A stretch of DNA of 64,000 nucleotides from Lama glama (Eukaryota). The notes under the pieces are model-generated. The model ran no database searches. It saw nothing but the letters and a program-made list of their open reading frames with translations, and was not told the DNA's origin. This document shows positions 38,101 to 50,305 of the stretch, in pieces. The position numbers were made by a program, and so were the translations under genes. The stretch lies in assembly GCA_028534125.1 (NCBI GenBank), contig CM052816.1:7936001-8000000 (forward strand), read 5' to 3'. Numbering within the stretch: the first letter of the stretch is position 1; every line of letters starts with the position of its first letter.

Positions 38101-39615
38101 TCAAGCCGTGAGTCTTGGCCGGGTCACAGGATTCCACAGAGCACCTCTGTCCTCTGGCCCTCTGGGTGGCAGGGCGTGGGCTAACACACGTGTGATAGTC
38201 TGCAGGCTGGAGAAAGACAGGCCAAGGCCAGCATAACCATGCATGGTACCTCCCTCTTCCCAGCAGGGACAGCCCCTGTCCCCTATCTGGGTTCACGGAT
38301 CACCTCATTTTGTCAGGCTTTGTCATTCCAGAGCCAGGCACTGCCAGAGCCGGCAGCCCCCTCAAACCACAACTAGCCGCAAGCGACTCCAGGACGTCTA
38401 TCCCCCCGCCCATACGTGGCCTGTTTTTTCACCAAACCCAGACACCGCCTCAGAATCCTTCTCATCGCAGAACTCCAGGCCAGCACAGCACCAATCTGTC
38501 AGAACAGGCACAGATGTTTTCGCCTATAAGAACAAGCCAAGCTGTTCACAGTGTGTAAAGCAGAGAGCTAAGCCCCGAAAGGAGAGGGGACTTGTCTGAA
38601 GCCACACAGCAAATTAGAGACTGAACAGGGAGCAGCGCCCAGGGCTCCCGCAGGCTGAGCATCTGCAAGAAAGGAGCTTCCCTCCCTACCCCATGTGTCC
38701 TCGCCCCCGGCTCGCATCTTTCCCTGCAGACAGCCTCTTCTCTGTTCCCTGCCTGTGCACAAGTCAGAGCTACCCAGGCAATGTCCCCAGTCCCAGGCCC
38801 TAAGCCCATCTGCCTGCAAATGAGGAAGCCAGAAACCAAGCAAGGGGAGCAGTTCAAAGAAATGGGTCTATTTAGACTCCAGTGGGCCACCATCATAGAA
38901 GATGCATCTCTGAAGCCCTGTTGCAGGGCAGAGGGGAACACTTCATTCAGAAGGCCAGAGTGAATCTACAGACATGCTACAGGAAGGCAGACTTCTGTTC
39001 AGGCTCAGGAAGGGCTTGCTCAGAATCAATGCTACCCACCAATGAAAGATTTCTTAGGAGGTAGTGAGCACCCCATCACTGGAGAATGCTAGCAGGTTTT
39101 AGATTCCCACATATGGCGGGCAGGGGCTGTTGGTGGTACTAGAGGGGAGGCACTCAAAGGCCCCTTTGTGTCCTGAGAGGGTGTGATTTGGGCAAACACA
39201 CATAATCACTCAGACTCGCAAGCCACAGTCACGCCAACACAAGCCCCTCTGTCCTCTGAGAGCAGAGCCGAGACTTCAGCCATGAGGAGTGTCCTCTGTC
39301 TGTCAAGCCCGGGGCTGATGGGGGTTGAGGGGGGGAGGGTGCTCAGAATTCCAGGACTGCTCCCCTGCACTCGCAGGCCTGGCCAGCAGACTCCAGCCCC
39401 AGTGCCTCCCTCTCCTCCGGGGAGCCTTTCAGTCCCGACCACAATGCTCTTCAAAATTCCCACACTGGTGGGTTTTGTTGCTCTGATTCCACCTTGAATC
39501 AGAACAGCTCTTCTCAAGATTATTTTTGGTGGCACAGGGACAGCGCATGCAAACATATAATCTCTTAGCAGTGAGAAAGTTCTTCTCTTAAAAACTGTCT
39601 TTCGTTTATCAAGGA

Positions 39616-39810
39616 TAGGATTGCCAGATATAGTAAATAAAAATATAGGATGCCCAGTTAAATCTGAATTTCAGTTAAACAACAAATTAATTATTTTTCA
39701 GTCTAAGTATGACCTATGCAATATAGGACATATTTATACTAAAATATTAGTCATTGTTTATCTGAAATTTAAATTTAACTGGGCATCTTGCATTCTGTCT
39801 GGCAGCTCTA
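39616..39810. mobile_element. MER53-type palindromic hAT MITE inserted into an older hAT-Charlie-like fragment (about 39500-40110)
   Basis: Termini taggattgccagat...tctggcagctcta, long internal inverted repeat (cccagttaaatctgaatttcag / ctgaaatttaaatttaactggg), near 8-bp TSD atcaagga/agcaagga. Confidence 0.85.
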
Positions 39811-40814
39811 AGCAAGGAGAAAGTCTTTGCTGGGTGTTAGCCTGACTTTAACAACAGCCCTCATACTTGCTAATCTCTTTAAAAAAAAATCAAAGAGAGA
39901 GCAAGTATCGGGCTCTAGCTAGAATTTAACAACATTGTTTATTGTACTTTATTTATATGGTGACTCTGTATGGGGAGTGATACAAGTCTTCTATTTACAG
40001 CAGCAAATATAAAGTTCTTTTTTAAAGAAATATATTCAAGTTTTAAAAAGTGAGTCAATTTAAAGCAAAATCATAGGCTAAACACAGATATGACCAAAAA
40101 CCAGCACCCACGGGATAAGTCAAGGGGTGAGTCTTCCCCATCGTGAGCTCTGAGGGGCAAGGTCCCTCCCTCCCCATCTTGGTCCTGGGTCCCCTGTTGG
40201 CACAGGGCACCTTCTTGATGGCGGAATTCTCCCATCCCCAGGCAGGCCCTTGGGAAGCGCAGAGACTCCGCAGCTGTGTGTGTTGCAACTCTGGGGGAGA
40301 GGTTTCAGCCCATCCTCCATCCCTGAGGTCCCCTGAGCCCCTTTATACAAAACAGCCTCCCCAGCCCCGGCTTAACTTCAGAGAGGCTGTTTCTGAGGGG
40401 GCAGCCGCCAGGGACTTCTCAATGTGTTTCCAAGTCAAATCCAAACCTTTTCAGCTTTGCCAGGAAACCACCCCTCCTTTCCCACTCTGGCTGCCTCCGG
40501 GAGCCAGGCTGCTGGGCCACGTCCTCCCAGACAACCCTCCCCCATCTCACTGGCCTTCCAGCCCGGACCCCATCAGTGCCCCTGTCCGAAGCCTGGCACC
40601 CCCTCCCCATCTGTCCCCTGCATCCCCAGTTGAGGCTAGAAAAGAGCCTTGGAATCGGAGGTGGGGAGCTGGGAGAGGAGCAGAGAAGGACCTAACTCCC
40701 TGGATTGCAGCAGTGGGGGACCGTACTAGCAAGTCCACTTCACGCTGGTCTACCCCTCTCCTTAGGAAGCCCTCCCCCAATCGTTTTGTCAGCAGCAGCA
40801 AGTGATAAAAACTA

Positions 40815-41035
40815 TTCTTTTTGAGACTCTATCAGGCCCTGTGCTAAGTACTTCCATGAATCTTCTCATTTCACCCTCGCCAAGACCCTCTGAGGAAGGA
40901 ACTGTCATTATCCTTTTAATGAGGAGGAGAAAGTTGAAGCGCAGAGGTGTTAAGTAACTTGACCAAGGTCACACAGCTAAAAGGGATAAGCCCAGAATTT
41001 GAACCGAGGCAGGATGACCGCAGACACCTTCACTG
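40815..41035 (-). mobile_element. MIR SINE
   Basis: gttaagtaacttgaccaaggtcacacagcta...gaatttgaacc. Confidence 0.75.
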
Positions 41036-41949
41036 AACCACCTCCTTCAGCTGCAGGATGTTAGTCCCAGAAAGTTTCTAGGAAGCAAGTGGGAAACAGA
41101 GACCAATAACCACGGGCACCAGGCTCCACTGATCCAGTCGAAATCCTGTCCACCAGCTCTACCAGCATCTGTTTACCTCCTGTGAGAGAGCGCTTCACCA
41201 AATTGCTGTGTGGCCTGGGGTAGCCCCCTGCCCTCTCTGGGCCTCTCTGTCCCCTCTGGGCTTGATCACAGGGGACTTGGTCAGGCTGTGCTGGTCCCTC
41301 CACCCTCCTTCAGGAGCCTTCAGTCCCAGCGGGAGTGGAGCCAGGGGAGCACATTGGCCAGGAAAGGCCTGGGGACCATCTCGGCTTGACTCCCCTCTTG
41401 ATCCTCAGCAAAGATGCTTCTCCCAAAGGCAGAGGCAGGCTCGGCCCAGACATCAAAGGGCCTACACCGCTGGCGCTTTGATGCAGAGCCTTGTAAAGTA
41501 ATAGGAAACATGAGGATGACACTGTGCCCAGCCCAAAGTGCAGGACTTGGAAAAATGAGAAGAAAAAACTCTTGGCAGCCCTCTGCACGGGCTTTGGCTG
41601 AACTCACGCCCCTCACAGCTGCCGGCAGCCTGTCCTCTCCCCACTAGGCTATTTGCAGCCACCCCCGGGGGATACGAGTTCTGTGCACTGCCTCGGGGCT
41701 GGAGGCCTCTCCCCACAGCAAAGGAACGTGTCATCTGGGGCCCCTCTTTCTCAGGCTCCAGAAGGCACTGTGGAGAGCACAGATCTGGGAGCCCACAGGC
41801 GCTCCAAGTGAACTCAAACTTGAAGATCCTCTCGCCCATCTCAGATCTCAAGACTGTGGGGCTCATAATCCAATACCTTGCTCTTTCCACCCTTGCCAAA
41901 TGCATCAGGAGCAACTGACCAGACCGAGGAGCCCATCATTCCCCTGCTC

Positions 41950-42440
41950 AAAACCTGCCAAGGGGACAGACTGGGAGTGTCTGCTGAATGTCACATGTAT
42001 ATATTCCTTTGACCCAGTGGCACTACGGCTAGGAATTTATCTGGCATGTACCAGCCCATGCAGGACTGTTTGTGGAAGCAAAAGGCTAGAAAAAAATGTT
42101 CATCCGGAGGGACTAGGTAATGCAGTGCAGAGTGTCCACGTGGCCAGACGACACCTGGCAGCAAGATCCATGCTAAGAAATGATCTGTAGAGCACACAAC
42201 CCAATAGAATGGTGTGGAGGATAGGCTTCCACTGTGTAAAAAGGAGAGGGAGACTGTTCAAGGATGCAAAAACCTGGCTATAAGGGCGCCTTCTGGGGAG
42301 GGAACTGGTTGGGGAGAAGAGAAATTTATTCTTCACTGAGCAATGAGTTGTATTGCTTGCTATTTTTTTTTTTTACAATGAGTGTATAACATGAATTATT
42401 TCAGTGTTGAAAAAAATGTGAAAGCCTTAAAAAAAAAAAA
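41950..42440 (+). mobile_element. Ancient L1 (L1ME-like) 3' fragment
   Basis: tttgacccag...ctaggaatttatc motif, degenerate 3'UTR, A-rich end at about 42430. Confidence 0.6.
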
Positions 42441-43519
42441 AGATTCCTTACTCTAGAGGATAAAGTCCAAAGGCCTCAACCTGATGTAATGGCCCCAGGA
42501 ATCCCTATGGCTGCCGCCCCAGCCTCCTCTTCTCTCCTCTGCCCCTTCCTGCAACCACACCCCACCCCACACCTCTGCCCAGGGCCGTGGGCTGCCTCCT
42601 CTCTCTCTCTTTCAGTCACACCCCCTCCCACACACACACGCACACGAGATGAGATCCCCTCCTCTTCTGACCCCCCCAGTCTTATGTCTGGGGCATCTGA
42701 GTCCACTTAAGACCCTCTTTGTTCTGGGGCTGCCGGGAAGTCCCCTTCCTCGCTGACATGTGGATCCCCTTCCCCTGGGGCTGGACCAGGCAGCCCCAGG
42801 CCGACCCTAGGGCAGCTCCTCTCCATGAAACGCATTCCCCCCCAGCTTCAGGGGCAGAGGGTACAGGTGTCCGAGTAGGTGAGAAAGTCCCAGGCAGGAT
42901 GTGTGGAGCCAGAAACTCCCTGAGAGGCCCTCCAACCTGCAGCCCACCTGCGGTGCCCCTGAAAGCGGAAAATCAGCTGGATGGCGGCCAGGCTGGCACA
43001 AGGGGGAGATGGAGGCTGATCTCCCGACTCCAGACCTGGGGCCTCACACCCTACCCGCAGGGTCTCGGAGTCCACCCTGACAGCTCCACTGGGCTTTGAG
43101 GAAGGCACAGGGAGGGTCTGTACCAGGCCTGACAAAACCCAGTGAGGCGGGCCTTCCCAAGAATGCACCCCTAAGATTAGACTTTTAAAGAGGAAACGGA
43201 GGCCCCAGGTCATGCCTAAGCCACAGAAGAGAGAGCATTGGAACAAGGGATTTTGACCCCCTTTTCTAGAGGTTGTTTTGTACAAAGTTTAGAAAACAGG
43301 GATTTGGGGTCATCAGGTTTGCTGTGTGAGCTTGGAAAAATCTGCCCCATCTTTTTAAGCTGTCTGTTCATCTCTTATAAAAGGGATACGAGCTCTATAA
43401 TTTCCCCATCTAATTACGATGCTGAGCTGTTTAACGATAAAAAATATTTTAAGTGTCTGACTTTAGCAATCTAGAGTTTCATGATTATTAACATTCTAAC
43501 AATCTAATATTTCCCAGTT

Positions 43520-43703
43520 TCACCCAACCATCCTTCCACTCACGCTTCTGTCCATCCACCCATTCATCTCCGTACCCATCCAGCACCCATTTGTCCACAT
43601 GTCCTTTCCCTCAGCCATCCACCCAGCCTCCCACACAGTCATCCTCTGCTCACCTATCTACCCAACTACCCATCCACCCACCCACCCAACCATACATCTA
43701 CCC

Positions 43704-43735
<32 letters not shown>

Positions 43736-43775
43736 ATATACACCCATACATACATCTACCCGTCCACCTACCCAT
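43520..43775. repeat. Degenerate (CCAT/CCAC)n tract
   Basis: Interrupted ccatccat/ccacccac repeats. Confidence 0.85.
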
Positions 43776-45913
43776 TTGTTTAACAAATATCTATTGGGTT
43801 TTTCTATATGTTGGGGCCTGTGGATACGCCAGTGAACATGACGGCTGCATCTCCTGCCCTCTCAGAGCTTGCAGCAAGAAGGTGCACAATATCGATCAAA
43901 TGATCACACAAATGAGAGTGCAGTTACACACCGTGCTAGGAGGAGCCCCAGATCTCTAAGTGCTATTCCAGAGGAATCTGGCTGCACCTCCAGTGTGTGG
44001 TGGGGGTTGGGCACAGATATCAGGGTGGGCTTCCCTGAGGAGGTGTCACTTGAGCTAAGACCTGAAAGAGGAAGAAGCATTAACTAGAAGATAGGAAATC
44101 TGGGAGGAAAGTGGCCCTACAGGTTGTGGTTTGGGAGTTTCCTGCCTGAGTCACTCACCACTTCTGCAGTGAGACTGATTCAAGCCTCTGTGATTTGGCC
44201 TTAACACATCACAGTGCTGGTCTCAGCTGCCCTGCCTTAGACAGAGATGAGGTGGTTTCCCCTTCTCCCTCCTCCATCTCCAGCCTCTGCCTGGCACTTA
44301 CCTCTGTTGCCTGGCACCCCAGCCTGCAGTCAGCCCTGTGCCAGGGAGCTCGTTGCCGATGTCCTGAGGACCTTCAGAGCCTGGTACCTGCACCACCCAG
44401 CAGCGTCTGTCTCTAGGGATGGCATGGCCACCAAGGGCCTCTTGGCTCCTCCCTCTATGGGTCCTGGCTGGTGACGCCAGGGAGACCTTTGCCCGGCTCG
44501 GGGCCTCCTGTGGCTCCTCCAAGGCCGGCCTTGGCAGAGTCCCCAAGAGCACCCCAGACCAGGGAACCAGGGCCAGGCTTAACTGTCAGCCCCTTCTTCC
44601 AGAAAGGAGGGTTGCCCAGAGCCTGCGTGGCTCCTTAGCCACAAACCTCCCCTCAGGTTGATCCGTCCCCTCTCTGGTGCTGGGACTCACAGATTCATTT
44701 CGCCTTCATCCTTCGGCTCAAGCCACAGCCACTTCGTAGAATGCTCATGCTCCCCTCTCTCCTCCCATCCTTCCCCCCATCCTTTTAAAAGACTGCTCAA
44801 ATCCCAGTTTGCCAAAGCCTTCACCTGTTGGGCACCCCAGTCCCTTCCTCATCCAAGGCAGTGAGCACAGCCTGGTGAGTGAGCTGGGGTTTTGGAGAAT
44901 CAGTCTTGGGTTTGAGTCCTGACTAGCCTAAGCCTTGGTTTCCTTGTCTGTAAAATCGGGGAAAGACGGTAATAATAATGTCTACCTTGGTGAGTTCTTA
45001 GGAGGAACCAGTAAGAGAAGGCATAAAAGGTACCTGCGCCCAATACACCGGACCTACGATCGAGTGAGCCTGCTCTGAACTCCCGCGGCGTTCCGTGTCT
45101 GAGCCCCGTGTTCAGAAAGCAGTTCTGAATTTAGTTCTCCTGTGTCTCCCCAAATAAAAGCCCTCGCTTGGGCGTGGGGAGACTTAGCTATTTGGCCTGG
45201 CTCTGTTGCTCACTCCTTGTGTGGCTTTGTGCCAGCCTGTGCTCTGGGTCTCATATGCCTGGTGGAGCTGTTGGTCCCTTGAGGATGGGGACCTGCGGGC
45301 TCCCCTCCCCACTCTAGCCCAGCCTCGACCTCAGTGCCAGGCACACAGGAAGCAGGTCCTCAAGTTGGCTCCACAGGACAAAGGAGGAGAGAAAGAGGAG
45401 CAGAGGGAGGGAGGGGAAGGGACAAGGGAGGAAGCGGAGGGGGTGAGCTGAGCAGGTAAAGGACTCAGGGCTGGGGTTGGAGGGGTGGCACTCCTTCCAG
45501 TCCAGAGGCGCGGTCTGGGGAAAACTCTGGGTCTACACAAGATGCCAAGGAGGTGGTTTATAGCCTGGATTTACTGTGCCTCCAGCTGCCTGAATCTGGA
45601 CAAGCTGAGTCTGTTCTCTGTGTACCAAGGGTTGGGTGAGGCGTGCAGGGATGTGTATGGCCAGCACCCAGCCACCGGCAGCCTGGGCAGGAAGGCAGCA
45701 GGCAGGGAGCGGGAGCGGGCCGGGTGTGGCTGGTGGGCGGAGGGGCCCCTGTGTGCCGAGGGCGGGATTCCTCTGCCTACCACCTCTGTGACCTCAGGCA
45801 AGGAATTCACCTCAACTGTACAATGGAGACAGTGACGGTGCCTGATACAGGGAGGATCAGACAGTGCCTGGCGTGTAATAAATGCTCAATCAATGTAGTA
45901 GTAAAATTAGTAT

Positions 45914-45938
45914 TTATTATTATTATTATTATTATTAT
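45914..45938. repeat. (TTA)n microsatellite
   Basis: About 8 TTA units read directly. Confidence 0.9.
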
Positions 45939-46549
45939 CATAATACAGTCAGGTACGTGCGCAGCAGTGAAAATATAGGCTCAGTGTGTGTGTGTCTGTG
46001 CACGTGTGTGTGCGTGCACACTTGTGGAGGAAAGAGGGTGGAATGCTGTCAGGAGTGGTTGATGTTGAATGAGAGTGTGCATGTGAATATGGTGAAACGT
46101 GTGAGTTCCACGCAGCTCACAGGATTTGGTGTTCCAGGAACCCTTGAGAGAGAGGTCACCTCAAGGCCATTCCCCTTGTCCAGTGCTTCTCTGAGAGGTC
46201 CCAGTTCCTATGGCATCGTCACATAGCCCTCGCCCCAAGAACTGCAGGACGCGGCTGAGTCTTCCTCAACAGCCCACCTGAGGCCGTGCGGCTCACCTAG
46301 CCGGGTCTTCCGCGTCCGTCGGGGGTAAGCAGGTGCATCACTGCACGGGCCTGGGCCTGGGGTCGGTGCTCAGGAGATGATGTCCTGCCCTTGTGGCTGC
46401 CACAGTCCTCACCCGAGTCACAGAAGTCCCTGCCAGCGGACGTGATTATAGAGCAGATGCTGTCATTCAATGAGCCTCTGAGCTGGAAGAGAATGGTACC
46501 AGCTCCCCCAGTTTGCAGATAGGCAAAGTGAGTACCAGACAGGACTTAC

Positions 46550-46652
46550 CCCAGGTCCCCTCAGCTCCCATGCGGGACTCCCTTGGGTGCTTTCTAGAGA
46601 ACAATGGGGAAGGACGTGTTTCTGGGCCCACGGGCAGACCCTGGCTGGCCAT
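46550..46652 (-). other. Candidate far-upstream coding first exon (MASQGLPVGPETRPSPLFSRKHPRESRMGAEGTW + 1 nt)
   Basis: Strong Kozak gccATGG at 46652, open for 103 nt to a strong donor TGGG|gtaagt (GT at 46549-46548), phase 1; same strand as SYNPO; non-repeat DNA. Confidence 0.3.
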
Positions 46653-46759
46653 GGCAGGCACCTTCCTCCAAAGAGGCGCCCAGTGGACATGGAGGGTGGG
46701 TCCGGGGTGAAGCATAGGATCCAAGTTGGAGGAACAAGAGCCTCCACATGTGAGTGAAA

Positions 46760-47270
46760 TTGGTTCTGGTTTTTAGGAAGACCGTTTGATCGCTTGTCCG
46801 ACAGATTTGACTTCTTGGAATTTATCCTAAGGAAATAATCCACATGTGTAGAAAGGTGTAGGTATAAAGAGAGTCAGGACCTCCTTGTCTATAGCTATGA
46901 AGATTTTGGAAGTCACCCAGAAACCAACATGGGGCCGCTGTAGGATGGGAGGGCAACCAGCAAGGCTGACGTGGATCTGCAGGCCTGGACTCGGGCGGGT
47001 GGTCACGGGGTGCTGCTGAGTGGAGGAAGGCAGGTTACAAAGCTGGACGCATACGGTGAGCTCACTTTTTGGAAAAATGTGCCTGTGTAAATATTTATAT
47101 TCATAGATCCAGAATGCAAATAACAGAAGAAGTGACACAAACATGTTACCGTTAATCATTGAACGTGGTGAATCTTGGGGTGATGTTCTCTTTTTCTGTT
47201 GTTCCCTGTGTATATATATTTTCCTGTTCTCCTCCAAGTATTATATGTTTAGTACTGAAAATCACTGGGA
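46760..47270 (+). mobile_element. Ancient L1 (L1ME-like) fragment
   Basis: cttcttggaatttatcctaaggaaataatc and downstream degenerate 3'UTR motifs. Confidence 0.55.
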
Positions 47271-48329
47271 GACCCAGGGAAGATGCCATGCAACTCTTTG
47301 CTTCAATCATGGGGTTGAGAGGAGCACAAGGCGGTGACCTTGGGTCTATCTTATCATCAGACCCACTTTCCAAATCACAAATCCAGAGGCCTCCCCGGGA
47401 TCTCCACACACCACAGAGGGCTCAGTCCTTGGTCACACCTTTCCCTGTGGATCGGGCCAGGATAACACAAGAGCCTTGGGCAGGGTCTTGGGACATTTTC
47501 CTCTTTGGAGCTTAAAGCTCTTTCCTGGGCAGGTATGTGCCTCTCCCAGCAGGAGAAGGTCGGGGAGGACCCCCCCCCCCAATTCTGAACACAGTCAAGT
47601 CCCATGGAGACATGGCCACTGGCCAGAGGTCAACAGCAGAACCAACGCCGCCTGAGTCCAACTGCCGAGGAGAAGGGGGTAGAGGCTCGACGTCTGGGTG
47701 GCTGCCCCCGGCCCACTGCCGGCCTTCCCCACCCCCATCCCAGCTCCCCAATGGCCAGGAACATCTGGCTGCTGGCCTTGCTCCAGGAGGGGTGAGCAGC
47801 GGAGGGGCCTCCTTCCGCCAGGCCCCGAGGCGGCTGTGATGCGAGGCACATCAATCAAGGCTGCAGGGCTGGCTGGTGCTGGGAGGGGAGCCGGCTCCTT
47901 CCCCACCCCCTCCCCAGACATTCCTGCGTAATGGAATCTCCTTTCCTGTCCATTTATTACCAACCCGCAGAGCTCTGCCAAGCGTAGTCTGCACATTCAA
48001 ACCCCACCAGCCCTGCCTTTTCCTGGAGAAAGGGGTTCCCCAGGGGGGCCTAGGAGGAGCGCCAGACTCTAACCCTCAGTAGCATGTCCCACACTGCTTC
48101 TCTGCCTTGTCTGTGGGTTTGCTCAAGGGACCAGATCTAAGCCAAGCACTTCACTTAAGGTTATCTCGCATGTCCATACCTGTGAGATGGGCACTCTCTC
48201 ATTATCTTCATGTTAACAGAGGAGAAAACTCAGGCTCAGAGAGGTTAACTCACTTGCTCAGAGTCACACAGCAAGATGACGGCAAAATCTGCCTAATCCG
48301 AAACCCAATCTCTTTCCTTGCTCTTCTCT

Positions 48330-49160
48330 ACTTGCTGAAAACACTATTCTTTCCTCGTTAAGTGTCTAGGAGCCCACGTCACAAATCAGTTGAGCACAGA
48401 TGTAGGGGTTTATTCCTGGACACTCGTGTCTATTCCATTGATCTAAATACCTTGCCCTGGGCTGGTACCACACTGTCTTGATCCCACTGCTCTGTAGTAA
48501 GTTTTGAAATTGGGAAGTGTGACTCCTCCGACTTTATTCTTCTTATGGAGGGTTGTTCTGGCTATTCTGGACCCCTTGAAATTCCATACGAACTTTAGAA
48601 TCAGCTTGTCAATTTGTACAAAGAAATCAGCTGGAATTTTGTTAGGCATTATGTTGACTCTGTAGACCAGTTTGGGAAGTGTTACCATCTTAATCATGTT
48701 GATGGAATCTTCTAACCCATGACCACATGAGGCTTTTCCATTTATTGAGATCATCTTTAGTTTGTTTCAACAATAGTTTATAGTTTTCAGAGGTAAACTT
48801 TGCCCTTTATCGTTAAATTTATTCTCATGTATTTCACTCTGTTGGAAGCTGTTGAGGATGGAATTGTTTTCTTTGTGACATTTTCGGATTGTTCATCGCA
48901 AATATATAGGAATACAATTGATGTTTGTATATTCATCCTATTGCCTGTAAACTTGAACTCATTTATTAGTTCTAATCATTTTTTAGTGGATTCCTTGTGA
49001 TAGTCTATATACAAGAGCATGTCGTTTGCAAAAAAGACCTTCGTTTTACCTCTTCATTTCCAATCTGGACCCCTAGTATTTCTCTTCCTGCCTAGTTGTC
49101 CTGACCAGAATCTCCAGCACAACGAGGAGGGAAGAGGCAAGAGCCGGCATCCTGCCTTGG
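48330..49160 (-). mobile_element. Old L1 (L1M) ORF2 fragment
   Basis: ORF 48443-48754 reads INMIKMVTLPKLVYRVNIMPNKIPADFFVQIDKLILKFVW...KNKVGGVTLPNFKTYYRA, typical of L1 ORF2p downstream of the RT domain. Confidence 0.9.
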
Positions 49161-49384
49161 CCCTTCTCTTCTTTATGTCCTGCTTCTCCACTTCCTTTCT
49201 CAGGCTCCCTTTTCCCCTCCTTCCACCACAAACAGGGGTGAGGGCAGGGGTATCAAGAGAGAACATATGTACAGGTGGTTGACAGGTGTAAAGTGAGAAA
49301 GAAGGAAATTAGTTGGACAGGATCCTCACAGTGTAACTGGGAAAACTGAGGCCCAGAAAAAAAGGTGTAACAATGTTTGGGGGT

Positions 49385-49481
49385 TTTCATTAATTGGTTA
49401 ATTTTTAATGGAGGTACTGGGGATTGAACCCAGGACCTCATGCGTGCTAAGCATGTGCTTTACCACTGAGCTGTACCCTCC
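49385..49481 (-). mobile_element. tRNA-Ala-derived SINE, camelid Vic-1 type
   Basis: Minus strand ggagggtacagctcagtggtaaagcacatgcttagcacgcatgaggtcctgggttcaatccccagtacctccattaaaaa: Pol III A and B boxes, tRNA-Ala-like head, A-rich tail. Confidence 0.85.
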
Positions 49482-50181
49482 TGCTCAATTAATATTTGTT
49501 GAGCATCTATTATGTTCCAAGTACTCAGGATCCAAAGATGCATCAGACACTGAAGGGTTAAAGTTGGAATTCAAACTGAGATCAAAGCTCAAGGAGACTC
49601 ACACTGCCATCTTGTAAAGAGGGACAACATTAAAGGAAACTAACACTATTTCTCCAAAACCTCTTGTAGTTTCTAGCAGTGGCAGGCCCCGAGCTGTCAT
49701 GAAGGCAGCAGGGTGAAGAGTCTGATTCCGGTGGGGCCTCTGCTCCTTCATTTGCCGGCTGTGGGATCCTGGGCACACCATGAGCCTCCCTGTGGCTTAG
49801 TTTCCCCTTCTGTGAAATGGGGAGAATTACAGTAGCCACTTTAGAAGGCTGTTTGGGGGGTTAAATGAGTTAATATATGACGTGTTTAGTAGAGGTCCTG
49901 GTGCGCGGGGGAGCTGTGTGTGTGTGTGTGTGGCACCCTCAGGTGCCAGCCTGGTTATGGTTCGGGGCCGAGAAGCTACCTATTGCTGGGGCCTTGGGAA
50001 AGGACTTGTCCTTGCTCCTTGGAGCCCTTTGGTCCTGGAAGGAACTGACGTGACTTCTGATCCCATATAAGATAGGGTTCCATGTCATTTGCCAAGAGTC
50101 TACTATGTGCCGGCCCGCTGCTGGGGACTTAGAGAAGATTGTAATAATGATGATGATGATTCTTATTTTAGCTTACTACGT

Positions 50182-50305
50182 GTATCAGTCAGGGTTCAGC
50201 CAGAGAAACAGAACCAGTAGGAGGGACATATTAAGAAATGTATTGCAAGGAATTAGCTTACACAACTGTAGGGCCTGGCTAGGCAAGTCTGAAATCCACA
50301 GGTGA
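50182..50305. mobile_element. MLT-type (ERVL/MaLR) LTR fragment
   Basis: tgtatcagtcagggttcagccagagaaacagaaccagtagga...aaggaattagctta...ggcaagtctgaaatc. Confidence 0.7.

Noticed and set aside
40143-40805. 220-aa ORF
   Set aside because: Non-ATG start, Pro-rich, no recognisable homology.
49409-49481. tRNA-Ala gene (also at 56133-56206)
   Set aside because: tRNA-like head is followed by an A-rich tail, has stem mismatches and in one case a TSD; these are SINEs.
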